From NCBI GenBank assembly GCA_038239005.1, contig JBBSFE010000015.1, forward strand, positions 3,154-67,153: 64,000 bases of DNA, written 5' to 3'. This document shows, piece by piece, positions 45,074 to 54,418 of the stretch (the stretch's first letter is position 1; each line of letters starts with the position of its first letter). This DNA comes from Polyangiales bacterium. Its GTDB lineage: Bacteria > Myxococcota_A > Polyangia > Polyangiales > Polyangiaceae. A program made the translations under genes and the position numbers. The notes below the pieces were generated by a model that was not told where the DNA came from, searched no databases, and saw only the letters and a program-made list of their open reading frames with translations.

Positions 45074-46078
45074 TTGACGAACGGAGGAGAGAGACTCGAC
45101 CTCGCAGGCGACGAGCGCTTTGATGCGGTCGGCGTATTTGTCGCATGCTACATTTTAGGCGTGATACCGGCGCTCCTCTTCTTGGCTCAGCTGTCTCTTA
45201 CCGCCGCTGCGCGCCCGCCGGAGTGCGGCGTGGATGGGTCGCTGCGTGGCACCAACATTTGGGAGCGCGCCAAACACCCGGAGCTCCGCCACTACTGCGA
45301 TTTGCTCGCGACGGGCACGAGCAAGCTCCTGTCGCCATCGACGGCAGCCGACGCACTTCGCGAGGCGGACGAAGCCGAGCAAGTGATGGCGGGCCACGCG
45401 GGGCCGTCGACGCTCAAAGGTCGCGCACTCGCGAGGCTCGGGCGATACACGGAAGCGTACGCGTCGTTCACCGAGGCCAAGCGGCGCGATCCGCATGCGC
45501 TCGATGATCCTGCTGCGCTTCGTGAGTTCGCGCGCTCGTGTGCGCGCAGTGGTCACGCGCCCGAAGCGCTCGCAGCGTTTCGCGCGCTCTTGCCGCGCGC
45601 CGACGGGCTTGCCTCGTTCGATCGCGCACCCGCTTACGTCGAAGCGGCGTTTCAGGCGATGAACGCAAGCGCCAGTTACGTCGACGACGCCATCGCGATG
45701 CTTCGGCAAGCGCGACGTGAAGCGGCCGATGCACTTCAACCCGTCGCAACGCTCGCGCTTGCGCTCGCGCTCGACCGCGCCGGCTCACGCGAAGAAGCGC
45801 GCGCCGTGCTCGATGATCGCGCGCGGGCCGCTGCACGCAACGTCGCGCGCGATGCGAACGTGACGGCGCTTCTCGGACCGCTCGCGTTCGAAGCCGAAGC
45901 CATGGCCGCGATGGGTCTCGAAACGACTGACGCCGCAGCCTCGCAGGCCGCATGGCATCGGTTCGCAGAAGCCACGGGCGCGAGCGGCACGTGGCTCCAG
46001 CACGGAACGTCACACTTCACGCTCTCCGCGAGGCTCACCGCAACGACGCGCCCGGCCGCGCGAGGTGGTGTTCGGTGA
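45074..46078 (+). CDS. secreted or membrane-anchored TPR-like helical protein (paralog 1)
   Basis: Hydrophobic N-terminus (VGVFVACYILGVIPALLFLAQLSLTAAA), then TNIWERAKHPELRHYCDLL and Ala/Leu-rich helical repeats. The start is uncertain (TTG 45074 or GTG 45161). Confidence 0.65.
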   Translation: MTNGGERLDLAGDERFDAVGVFVACYILGVIPALLFLAQLSLTAAARPPECGVDGSLRGTNIWERAKHPELRHYCDLLATGTSKLLSPSTAADALREADEAEQVMAGHAGPSTLKGRALARLGRYTEAYASFTEAKRRDPHALDDPAALREFARSCARSGHAPEALAAFRALLPRADGLASFDRAPAYVEAAFQAMNASASYVDDAIAMLRQARREAADALQPVATLALALALDRAGSREEARAVLDDRARAAARNVARDANVTALLGPLAFEAEAMAAMGLETTDAAASQAAWHRFAEATGASGTWLQHGTSHFTLSARLTATTRPAARGGVR

Positions 46079-47130
46079 AGCACGCGCGGGTCGCCATCGC
46101 GATCGCGCTCGCAGCGGGCACGGCCCATGCGGATACGCCACCGACGATTTGGGATCTCGCGAAGAACCCTGACGCGTACAAGCAGTACGAACATCACGTT
46201 CTCATCGAGCGCGACATCGACATCGTGAGCGAGCTCCAAGAAGACACCCAAGAAGTGGGCACGCTGCAGTCGCTCATGTCGCTCGATCACGCGCGCACGG
46301 TGATCGAGGGCATCATCGAGCCAAAGACTCCTCTTCTTCGTTTCGACGAAGCATGGGTCCTCACCAAACGCGGCCTCTGGGCCCAAGCGTTGCCGATTCT
46401 CGAAGGCCTCACGCACGACGTCGGCACGAGTACTTTCTCTCAGGAGGTCTGGGAGAAGCTCGCCGAGGCCTATGTTCACGTCGAGCGCACCAACGACGAA
46501 ATTCGCGCCTACGACGAAGTGCTCGCGCGCTCGATGAGCGACGTCGATCAAGTGACTCCGCTCCTCAATCAAGGCGAAGCGTACTTGCGCGCGGGCGACG
46601 CGAACGCGGCCGTCGCGCAGTTTCGTCAAGTGCTTCACCTCACGGCGACGATTCCGAATTTGAACTCCGTCGAGATGCTCGCCGAATGGGATATCGCGCT
46701 CGCGCTCGATCGCTCGGGAGACCCGCGGGCCGCGCGAGAAGCCGCACGCGCGGCAACGCGCTTGGATCAACGTTGCGTCGGGATCGTCGGTCACGATGTC
46801 TTGGTTTTGTCCGGCCCCGACTGTGCACGTGTGCAGATGTTCATCGTTCCGCCCGGCCTCTTCCCAATCGCGAAAGAGAACAAGAGCGTCTATTTCGTTC
46901 CTGATTACGAGCGCGATTGGTATCTCGCGCTCGGTTACGAAGCGCTCGCCGTCGAAGGCGGCGGCTCACAACCCACGAAGCCATATTGGCGCGATGCCGA
47001 AGCACACATGATGAGCTACGTCGTCGGCGCAACCCAAGCGACCAACGACAAATGGCTCGACCTCGGCCGCCAGCGCCTCGACGAGCTTCGCAAACGCCGC
47101 GCCGCTTCCGAAGCGAAGCCGCCGCGCTAG
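46075..47130 (+). CDS. secreted TPR-like helical protein (paralog 2)
   Basis: The GTG start overlaps the previous stop (GTGA). Signal peptide VKHARVAIAIALAAGTAHA, then PTIWDLAKNPDAYKQYEHHVL and a TPR-like segment (NQGEAYLRAGDANAAVAQFRQVL). Confidence 0.75.
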   Translation: MKHARVAIAIALAAGTAHADTPPTIWDLAKNPDAYKQYEHHVLIERDIDIVSELQEDTQEVGTLQSLMSLDHARTVIEGIIEPKTPLLRFDEAWVLTKRGLWAQALPILEGLTHDVGTSTFSQEVWEKLAEAYVHVERTNDEIRAYDEVLARSMSDVDQVTPLLNQGEAYLRAGDANAAVAQFRQVLHLTATIPNLNSVEMLAEWDIALALDRSGDPRAAREAARAATRLDQRCVGIVGHDVLVLSGPDCARVQMFIVPPGLFPIAKENKSVYFVPDYERDWYLALGYEALAVEGGGSQPTKPYWRDAEAHMMSYVVGATQATNDKWLDLGRQRLDELRKRRAASEAKPPR

Positions 47131-49070
47131 CTCTGGTTTCGCTGCGCGTACTCTTCGGAACGCTGCTGCGCGGCGAGTCGCGTTTGCGTTTCTAGAATCA
47201 TTTGCTGGAGCGCTTGCGCTGGAAGATTCAGCGATGCGCACATGCGCTCGAGCGTCTCTTGCTCTTGTGTGTCGATGGTTCCGTCGATGAGGGCGGCGCT
47301 TACGAGGCCCGAGAGAAACCACTCCGGCGATGCGACCGGGCCGCCGCCTTGCGCAACGAGCTGACCCGCGAGCGCGCGGCCGACGATCTCTTCCGGAATT
47401 CCCCAGCGCTTGCCGCACTCGACGATGAGCTTCTTCTCTTCGCGCTTGAGACCGCCCGACACCATCATGTGCGCCATCTGCGAAAAGAGAACCATGCGCT
47501 CGCGCGGATCGCGCACATCGGGAACGAGGAAGCCGACCGACTGCGACGCGCCCACCGGATGACGCGGCTGCGCCGAGCCCGGCGCACCGACCGCATCGAG
47601 CGCCCAGACTTGGCCCGTGGCGACGACGTCGCAGTGGCAGTGACTGCACTTCGGATCATCTGTCTCGACGAGCGGGCCGCCACAGCTCGGGCACACGACT
47701 TGGGTCATCGAGAGCTTGGTGCTCGTTCCGCTCTTGCGTGCGAGGCGCAATGTGGATTGGCGCGGGAACGGCTCTGCGCCTGGAGCGAAGCGCGCTGACC
47801 AGAACACGTTTACGTAGACGAGATCGTCTTTCTCGCCTTGTGCGACGTCGCACAAAACGACGTCTGCGCCGCCGACGGCGATGTCGCGACCGCCTTGAGC
47901 GATGTTGGCGCCGTCACCGCCGCGTGCGATGAGCTCGTTCGTCGAGGCCTTGCGAAGCGGCGCGGCGGTTTGTTTGCGGCCCGACTCGATCCATTTCCAG
48001 AAGAGGTAGCTAGCGCGATCTTCGATGGTCTCGCGCGTGACGCCGAGATCGACCTCACGCAAGCCATCGAGGCCGGGCACTTCGTTGGCGGAGTTCGGGT
48101 GCCACTCGGAGAGCTGCGTGATCTCCGTGAGGACCCAATCGTGCTCGCCGGAGCACACCGTCGCTTTGCAGTACTTACACGAGATGACTTCGCCGCCGCC
48201 GAGATCGAACGGCGCGCCACACGACGGGCACGCCTTGCCGACGTTTTCCGCGCCCTGCTTGGTGACGGCGCCTTGGCGACGAACGAGCGACCAGATTTCC
48301 GTGTACGGCGTGACGGGCGTCTGCGAGAGGGCAGCTTGGATTTGCTGCGGTGTCGACTGCATCGGCACGGTGGCGTCGCGGGCTTGCGCGGTGAAACGCA
48401 CGTGAACGATGTCGAGCGGCGGCGACGCTTGCACCGCTTCGATGGTGACGAACATGACTTGGGTGTCGCCCATGACGTTGCGAACGCCCTCGGTCTTCAT
48501 CAGCTCTAGCTGCACTTGGAAACGCGAGAAGCACCCATCGGACATGAATGCGCGCGACATGCGCATGTCGCCGCCCATCCAGCCTTCGCGAAGGATGTCG
48601 CTCATGCGCCGAACGCGGTCGACAATGCTCGCTTCGGTGATGTTCGGATCGCGCGCTTGAATCGCTTCGAGCGAAACCGATCGGCGACTGCGCGCTTCTT
48701 GATCGTATTGCGCATCGAGCACGGCCGAGCGGACATTGCCCGATCTGCGATTGGCGGCAGTGACCGCGACGATCACGATCAAGATGATGCCGCCAACGAC
48801 GAAGAGGCCGCACAAGAAACCAATCGGGCTCGACGAGCCACCACCGGACGAATACGTCGTGCCGCCGCCCGTGGAGTACGTCGTGCCGCCGCCACCGCCA
48901 CCGGTGCTGTGATAGCTCGAACCGCCGCCGCCGCTTCCGGTGGATGTGCGTCCACCCCCGCCACCCGACGAACCGCCGCTGCGAAAGCTCTGGCCGCCGC
49001 CGGGCCGCGCGAACGCGAGCGCAGTGACGAAAAACAAGAGCGCGCCGAATACGAAAATCCGCCGAATCAT
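47127..49070 (-). CDS. membrane protein with a Gly/Ser-rich ectodomain, TM helix, 2x (Tim44-like domain + zinc ribbon) and a TerB-like C-terminal domain
   Basis: MIRRIFVFGALLFFVTALAFA signal, a (G/S/T/Y)-rich stretch and TM helix GFLCGLFVVGGIILIVIVAV. Two Tim44-like segments are each followed by a zinc ribbon: ILREGWMGGDMRMSRAFMSDGCFSRFQVQLELM then CPSCGAP...CKYC, and a second segment then CPSCGGP...CSHC. The tail AALIDGTIDTQEQETLERM is TerB-like. The start ATG 49068-49070 overlaps the kinase stop; an alternative ATG is at 49100. Confidence 0.8.
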   Translation of the reverse strand: MIRRIFVFGALLFFVTALAFARPGGGQSFRSGGSSGGGGGRTSTGSGGGGSSYHSTGGGGGGTTYSTGGGTTYSSGGGSSSPIGFLCGLFVVGGIILIVIVAVTAANRRSGNVRSAVLDAQYDQEARSRRSVSLEAIQARDPNITEASIVDRVRRMSDILREGWMGGDMRMSRAFMSDGCFSRFQVQLELMKTEGVRNVMGDTQVMFVTIEAVQASPPLDIVHVRFTAQARDATVPMQSTPQQIQAALSQTPVTPYTEIWSLVRRQGAVTKQGAENVGKACPSCGAPFDLGGGEVISCKYCKATVCSGEHDWVLTEITQLSEWHPNSANEVPGLDGLREVDLGVTRETIEDRASYLFWKWIESGRKQTAAPLRKASTNELIARGGDGANIAQGGRDIAVGGADVVLCDVAQGEKDDLVYVNVFWSARFAPGAEPFPRQSTLRLARKSGTSTKLSMTQVVCPSCGGPLVETDDPKCSHCHCDVVATGQVWALDAVGAPGSAQPRHPVGASQSVGFLVPDVRDPRERMVLFSQMAHMMVSGGLKREEKKLIVECGKRWGIPEEIVGRALAGQLVAQGGGPVASPEWFLSGLVSAALIDGTIDTQEQETLERMCASLNLPAQALQQMILETQTRLAAQQRSEEYAQRNQS

Positions 49071-50083
49071 TTGACCGGAAAGAGCTCGCGGTTTTGCCAC
49101 GTGGGGAGCTGCCTCAAGTCAGCCCAGACTTCTTTCGCGGACGTGTAGCGATAGGTGTCGCGGCGCCGGAGCATCTTCGCGATGAGAGCCCCGAGCGGTG
49201 TTCCGATTTGCTCGGCGCGCCGGCGCGGAATGCCTTCACCCACGATGCGCACGAGCTCTTGATACGGCACGCCTTGCTGAACGGCGGGCTCGCCCATGAG
49301 CATCCAGAACATCAAAAGGCCGACTTGATAGAGATCGCTCTGCTTGCTCGTGTATCCACTCGCGACGACCTCGGGTGCCATGATCTTGTGATGCACCACG
49401 TTGGGCCGCACCGCGGGCGCGCCGCGAAGCTCGTGGCTGATTCCGAAATCGCTGATTTTCACCGTGGGCCGGTCGACACCGTGAACCACGAGCACGTTTC
49501 CCGGATGGAGATCGTCGTGGACGATGTCGTTGTCGTGGAGAAACTGCACGGCGGCGAGGAGCTGACGCGCAAGCTCGATGACGAGCCCTTCTTGCATCGG
49601 CGTGCCGACCATGTCGTTGAGCGAGTGCTCGCACTTCTCGAGCGCCATGTAGAAGAGGTGGTCTTGCTCGAAGGCGTCGTGCATGTAGACGACGTTCGGG
49701 TGGCGCAGCGACATGAGCCGCTGACTCTCTTTCGCCCACTCCGAATGCACCTCTTGATAGGGGCGGTTCGCGGGGCGAATCATCTTCACCGCGTAGACTT
49801 GGTCGAATGGGCCAAGGCACCCGTAGACCGCGCCGAACTCGCCCGTGCCGAGGATGCGTCGCACTTCGTATTCGCCGCGCTTCGAGATGAGGCGCGTGCC
49901 GACTTGCGGCAAACGCACGACGAGCCTCTGCGCGGGCTGCGCGTTCACGCCGGACGTTGCGTTGGGCGGCAAGGCGGGCTGCGAAACCGGCGGCGGCGGA
50001 ACTTGCGGTGACGAGTTGGGCGACGGAAACGCGCCACTCGAGGTCGCATTCGGCGGAAGCGGCGACGCCACGGGCGTTCCCAT
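49067..50083 (-). CDS. eukaryotic-like protein kinase with an atypical catalytic loop (HDDLHPGN)
   Basis: GTGEFGAVY glycine loop, YAVKM, catalytic loop VHDDLHPGNVLV, KISDFGIS and IMAPE. It has a Pro/Ser-rich N-terminus. I prefer the start at 50083 (MGTPVASPL), because the track start at 50248 would overlap the divergent glucosidase start. Confidence 0.75.
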   Translation of the reverse strand: MGTPVASPLPPNATSSGAFPSPNSSPQVPPPPVSQPALPPNATSGVNAQPAQRLVVRLPQVGTRLISKRGEYEVRRILGTGEFGAVYGCLGPFDQVYAVKMIRPANRPYQEVHSEWAKESQRLMSLRHPNVVYMHDAFEQDHLFYMALEKCEHSLNDMVGTPMQEGLVIELARQLLAAVQFLHDNDIVHDDLHPGNVLVVHGVDRPTVKISDFGISHELRGAPAVRPNVVHHKIMAPEVVASGYTSKQSDLYQVGLLMFWMLMGEPAVQQGVPYQELVRIVGEGIPRRRAEQIGTPLGALIAKMLRRRDTYRYTSAKEVWADLRQLPTWQNRELFPVK

Positions 50084-50221
50084 CGGAGGCGTGTGAGCCT
50101 CGCGAAGAGCGTGGCTGGGCGTCGCTGCGGGCAAGTTGCCCGAAGACGGTCCAGAGGTCGGGGGCGGGGGAGGTCGAGCCGTCACCGATTGGCGAAGATA
50201 ACCTATAGTGGCGCGCACGGC

Positions 50222-52918
50222 ATGCCGAAGATCCGATCCGCGGAGCACCTACGCCTCGAGGAAGCACGCGAGGGCAAGAAGTGGCGACGCTGGGGCACTT
50301 ACCTCAGCGAACGGCAATGGGGCTCCGTCCGCGAGGACTATTCAGCCAGCGGCGACGCATGGAATTATTTCCCATTCGACCACGCCCACCTCCGCGCGTA
50401 CCGCTGGGGCGACGACGGGCTCCTCGGCCTCTCGGACAACCGCGGCCTCATGAACTTCGGGCTCGCGCTCTGGAACGGAAGAGATGCGATCCTCAAAGAA
50501 CGCCTCTTCGGGCTCTCGAACCCCGAGGGCAACCACGGCGAGGACGTCAAAGAGGTCTACTACTACCTCGACGCAACGCCGACGCACTCATATGCGCGTG
50601 CATTATACAAGTATCCGCATCGGGAATTTCCGTACAAAGAGCTGCGTGAGCGTGCGCGGGCAGCGGGCAAGCAAGACCCCGAGCCCGAGCTCATGGACAT
50701 GGGCGTCTTCGACGACGACGCCTACTTCGACGTGCAAATCGAATACGCGAAGACCACCTGCGAGGACGTGCTGGCGCGCATCACCGTCACCAACCGCGGC
50801 GCGCGCGCGAAGCTCGTGGTCGCGCCGCAGCTTTGGTTTCGAAACACATGGAGCTGGGGCGACGAAACGCCAAAGCCGAGCCTCCATCGCGGCGGCAAAG
50901 ACTTCGTCGTCACCGATCACGTGCACCTCGGGCGCCGATTTTTCTACGCCGATGGCGCGAAGCAAATTCTCTTCACCGAAAACGAAACCAACAAGCGCGC
51001 CGTTTGGAACATCGACAGCGCCGGCCCTTACACGAAAGACGCCTTTCACCGCGCGATCGTGAACGGCGAGCGCAACGCCACGAACGCCCTCGACGAAGGA
51101 ACGAAGTGCGCCGCCGTGTTCGAGCTCGAGCTCGACCAAGGTGAGTCCGTCACGTTGCGACTCCGCTTCACCGACGAGCTCGAAGACAAACCGTTCGACG
51201 ACTACGACGCCGCATTTGCCAAAGCCATCGTCGAAGCCGACGCGTTTTGGGCGGCGATCATGCCGGCCGGGCTCGACGAAGATCAGCGTCGCGTGTTTCG
51301 CCAAGGCGCCGCGGGGCTCCTGTGGTCGAAACAATTTTATCACTTCGACGTCGAGCGCTGGCTGCGCGGCGATCCGAAGAGTCCGGCGCCTCCCGCCGAG
51401 CGACGCGAAGGAAAAAACGCAGAGTGGACCCACCTCTTCAACAGTGAGGTCCTCTCGATGCCCGACAAATGGGAGTACCCCTGGTACGCCGCGTGGGACC
51501 TCGCGTTTCACTCGATACCGATCGCGCTCTTCGATCCCGAGCTCGCCAAGCAGCAGCTCTCGCTCCTCACGCGCGAGTGGTACATGCACCCGAACGGGCA
51601 GCTGCCCGCGTACGAATGGGCCTTCGGTGACGTGAACCCGCCGGTGCACGCGTGGGCGAGCGAGCGCGTCTATCACATCGAACGAAAGATGACGGGCCGC
51701 AGCGATCGCGGTTTTCTCGAAAGCGTCTTCCACAAGCTGATGCTCAACTTCACCTGGTGGGTGAATCGCAAAGACGCCAAAGGCCGCAACGTGTTTCAGG
51801 GCGGCTTTCTCGGCCTCGACAACATCGGCGTCTTTGATCGCTCGACACCGCTTCCCGGGGGTCACGTGCTCGAGCAAGCCGACGCCACGAGCTGGATGGG
51901 CATGTACTGCCTGAACCTTCTCGAGATCGCACTCGAGCTCTCGCGCGAAAACCAAAGCTACGAAGACGTCGCCAACAAATTCTTCGAGCACTTCCTCTTG
52001 ATCGCGAAAGCCGCCAACAAAGGCGACGAGAGCGGCAAAGGCATGGCCGGCCTGTGGGACGAAGAAGACGGCTTCTTCTACGACTGCGTCAGCTCACCCA
52101 CGGGCGAGCGCACGCCGCTCAAGGTGCGCTCCATCGTCGGTCTCATTCCGCTCTTTGCGGTGTGCACGCTCGACGGCGACGTGTTCGAGCGATTTCCAGC
52201 ATTCTCGAAGCGCGTGAAATGGTTTTTGTCCAATCGCCCCGAGCTCGGCGAAGGTATCGCATCGATTCACGACAAGGGCTCGGGTCAGCGGCGACTTCTT
52301 TCGCTGCTCGATCGCCGCCGCCTCGTGCGCGTGCTCTCGCGCATGCTCGACGAAGAGGAATTCCTCTCGCCGTACGGCATTCGCGGTTTGTCGCGCGCCC
52401 ACAAAGATCAACCGTTCATCTTCCAAGCCGACGGCCGCACCTATCGCGTCGACTACGAGCCCGGTGAATCGCAAACCGGAATGTTCGGCGGCAACTCCAA
52501 CTGGCGCGGGCCCGTGTGGTTTCCGGTGAACTACCTCCTCATCGAGGCGCTCCAAAAATATCACCACTTCTACGGCGACTCGCTCCGCGTCGAGTGTCCC
52601 AGCGGCTCGGGGCAGTGGATGAATCTGTGGCAAGTCGCCGTCGAGCTCTCGCGCAGGCTCACGCGGCTCTTCTTGCGAGACGAGCACGGTCGCCGCGCCG
52701 CACACGGAGACGTCGATCGATTGCAGAACGATCCGAACTTCAACGACAACGTTCTCTTCTACGAATACTTCCACGGCGACACGGGCGCAGGTCTTGGCGC
52801 ATCTCATCAAACAGGCTGGACGGCGCTGTGCGTGAAGCTCCTCCAGCAAAGCCCGCTATGGAACGCGACGTGGGACGACGAGCTCTCGCGCATGTCGATT
52901 CGCCCGCCGAAGATTTAG
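50222..52918 (+). CDS. GH63-like (MGH1-like) glucosidase
   Basis: 898 aa from MPKIRSAEHLRLEEAREGKKWRRWGTYLSERQWGSVREDYSASGDAWNYFPFDHAHLRAYRWGDDG. This N-terminus and the about 890-aa length are typical of the bacterial glucosidase family related to GH63. Confidence 0.85.
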   Translation: MPKIRSAEHLRLEEAREGKKWRRWGTYLSERQWGSVREDYSASGDAWNYFPFDHAHLRAYRWGDDGLLGLSDNRGLMNFGLALWNGRDAILKERLFGLSNPEGNHGEDVKEVYYYLDATPTHSYARALYKYPHREFPYKELRERARAAGKQDPEPELMDMGVFDDDAYFDVQIEYAKTTCEDVLARITVTNRGARAKLVVAPQLWFRNTWSWGDETPKPSLHRGGKDFVVTDHVHLGRRFFYADGAKQILFTENETNKRAVWNIDSAGPYTKDAFHRAIVNGERNATNALDEGTKCAAVFELELDQGESVTLRLRFTDELEDKPFDDYDAAFAKAIVEADAFWAAIMPAGLDEDQRRVFRQGAAGLLWSKQFYHFDVERWLRGDPKSPAPPAERREGKNAEWTHLFNSEVLSMPDKWEYPWYAAWDLAFHSIPIALFDPELAKQQLSLLTREWYMHPNGQLPAYEWAFGDVNPPVHAWASERVYHIERKMTGRSDRGFLESVFHKLMLNFTWWVNRKDAKGRNVFQGGFLGLDNIGVFDRSTPLPGGHVLEQADATSWMGMYCLNLLEIALELSRENQSYEDVANKFFEHFLLIAKAANKGDESGKGMAGLWDEEDGFFYDCVSSPTGERTPLKVRSIVGLIPLFAVCTLDGDVFERFPAFSKRVKWFLSNRPELGEGIASIHDKGSGQRRLLSLLDRRRLVRVLSRMLDEEEFLSPYGIRGLSRAHKDQPFIFQADGRTYRVDYEPGESQTGMFGGNSNWRGPVWFPVNYLLIEALQKYHHFYGDSLRVECPSGSGQWMNLWQVAVELSRRLTRLFLRDEHGRRAAHGDVDRLQNDPNFNDNVLFYEYFHGDTGAGLGASHQTGWTALCVKLLQQSPLWNATWDDELSRMSIRPPKI

Positions 52919-52920
52919 AT

Positions 52921-54372
52921 TTAGAAGCCCGAGTCGTGCATGCCAGCTGCGTTGAGCTGGAGCGTGACATCGCGCTGCGTTGCGGAAGGCGCCATCGGCG
53001 CGGCTTGAACTTGCTGGCGTGAGGTCGCGACTTTGCGGGCCACTGCGACGAGGCGGCCGCGTTCGTTGTCGTCGGTCGTGGCCTTTGCGCGCGTCTCGAG
53101 GGCGAGCTGCGCTTGTTCGAGCTGTTTGTCGGCGGCGGCGAATTGACCAGCGCCTGCGCTTTGCGAAGCGGAGAGCTCGAGCTTCGATGCGTCCATCACG
53201 GCCGCGATCGATTTGGCTTTGGCGTTTTCGGATTTCGCGACGGCGCTCGAGTCGGACGAGAAGCCCGCGCGTGCGATGACTTCTTGAATGCGCGGCACGT
53301 CGCCGTCGTCCGGATCGCGGAAGTGCAAACGAATGCTCGCAAGTGCGCGCGACGGCGTCACGTTCGGATCGTGAATGCGGACACGCACGACCGCTTCGCG
53401 GTGCTGACCCGAGAAGAGCGCGCCAAGCGGAAGCTTGAGTGAGCCATTTTCACCGCGCTCGCTGCGAACGCCCTCGACCGCGAGGAGATCGACACCCGGA
53501 GCCGGCACGACCTCGACGAATGCGTCGGTCGCGACGGTCGAGCGAAGCAAATCGAGCTCGTGCTGGATGAGCGACGCCATCTCTTTCGGGTCACTCAGGT
53601 GATAGAGGCGGCCCGTCGAGCGGAGTGCGAGCGAGTTGAGCGTGCGCTCGTCGTAGTCGTTGCCGACACCGAGAGACGTCACTTGTGCGTGGAATCGAAG
53701 GCCGCGTTCCGCGAGCGCGCCGAGCGCTTCGGGCGACGACGGGCCGACGTTCGCGATGCCGTCCGAGATCACGACCACGCGACGAACCGCGTGCGTCACC
53801 GGCGCGCGCGCCACGAGCGACTCACCAAGGCCGAGGCCGTCGAACATGTTGGTGGAGCCATTCGGCTGGAGCTGCGAAATGCGCGTCTTCAATGCAGTGC
53901 GCGTCGAGGTCGAGAGGGTGGTCGGCTCGACGAGGGTCTTGGCGTCGTCGTTGAAGCTGACGATCGAGACGATGTCGCCATCGGCGAGATCATCGACGAG
54001 AAGCGCGGCGGCGCGGCGTGCGTTTTCGATCTTGGCGCCGGCCATCGAGCCCGAGGTGTCGATGACGAGCGAAACATCCGTGGGTACCTTCGCGCGCGGA
54101 CGCGTTTGCGGCGCGTCGATCCACAGCGCGAGCGATGCGGTGCCGTCGCCGGCGAGGAGCACGTCGTTCTCGGCTGCAACACCAACCCACGTTCCCGCGG
54201 CGTTCGTGTTGTTGGCTTTCGGCACGTCCGTTTGCGCGGGGTCCTTGTTCGTAGCGATGGGCATTTCGGTCACGCGACCATCGCTCGTGACGACGACCGG
54301 ACCGCGCGTTTGAGCGGCGCCACACCCGGCAAGCAGCAAAAACACGGCAAATAGAGAGCTCTTGTGCAGCAT
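52921..54372 (-). CDS. VWA-domain lipoprotein
   Basis: Start MLHKSSLFAVFLLLAGCGA (lipobox), a MIDAS motif LVIDTSGSMAG and a long C-terminal helical/low-complexity region. Confidence 0.85.
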   Translation of the reverse strand: MLHKSSLFAVFLLLAGCGAAQTRGPVVVTSDGRVTEMPIATNKDPAQTDVPKANNTNAAGTWVGVAAENDVLLAGDGTASLALWIDAPQTRPRAKVPTDVSLVIDTSGSMAGAKIENARRAAALLVDDLADGDIVSIVSFNDDAKTLVEPTTLSTSTRTALKTRISQLQPNGSTNMFDGLGLGESLVARAPVTHAVRRVVVISDGIANVGPSSPEALGALAERGLRFHAQVTSLGVGNDYDERTLNSLALRSTGRLYHLSDPKEMASLIQHELDLLRSTVATDAFVEVVPAPGVDLLAVEGVRSERGENGSLKLPLGALFSGQHREAVVRVRIHDPNVTPSRALASIRLHFRDPDDGDVPRIQEVIARAGFSSDSSAVAKSENAKAKSIAAVMDASKLELSASQSAGAGQFAAADKQLEQAQLALETRAKATTDDNERGRLVAVARKVATSRQQVQAAPMAPSATQRDVTLQLNAAGMHDSGF

Positions 54373-54418
54373 GTCGTCTTGAGACGGCTGGGCGCACAAA
54401 AGGATCTGCGCGCTGCCG

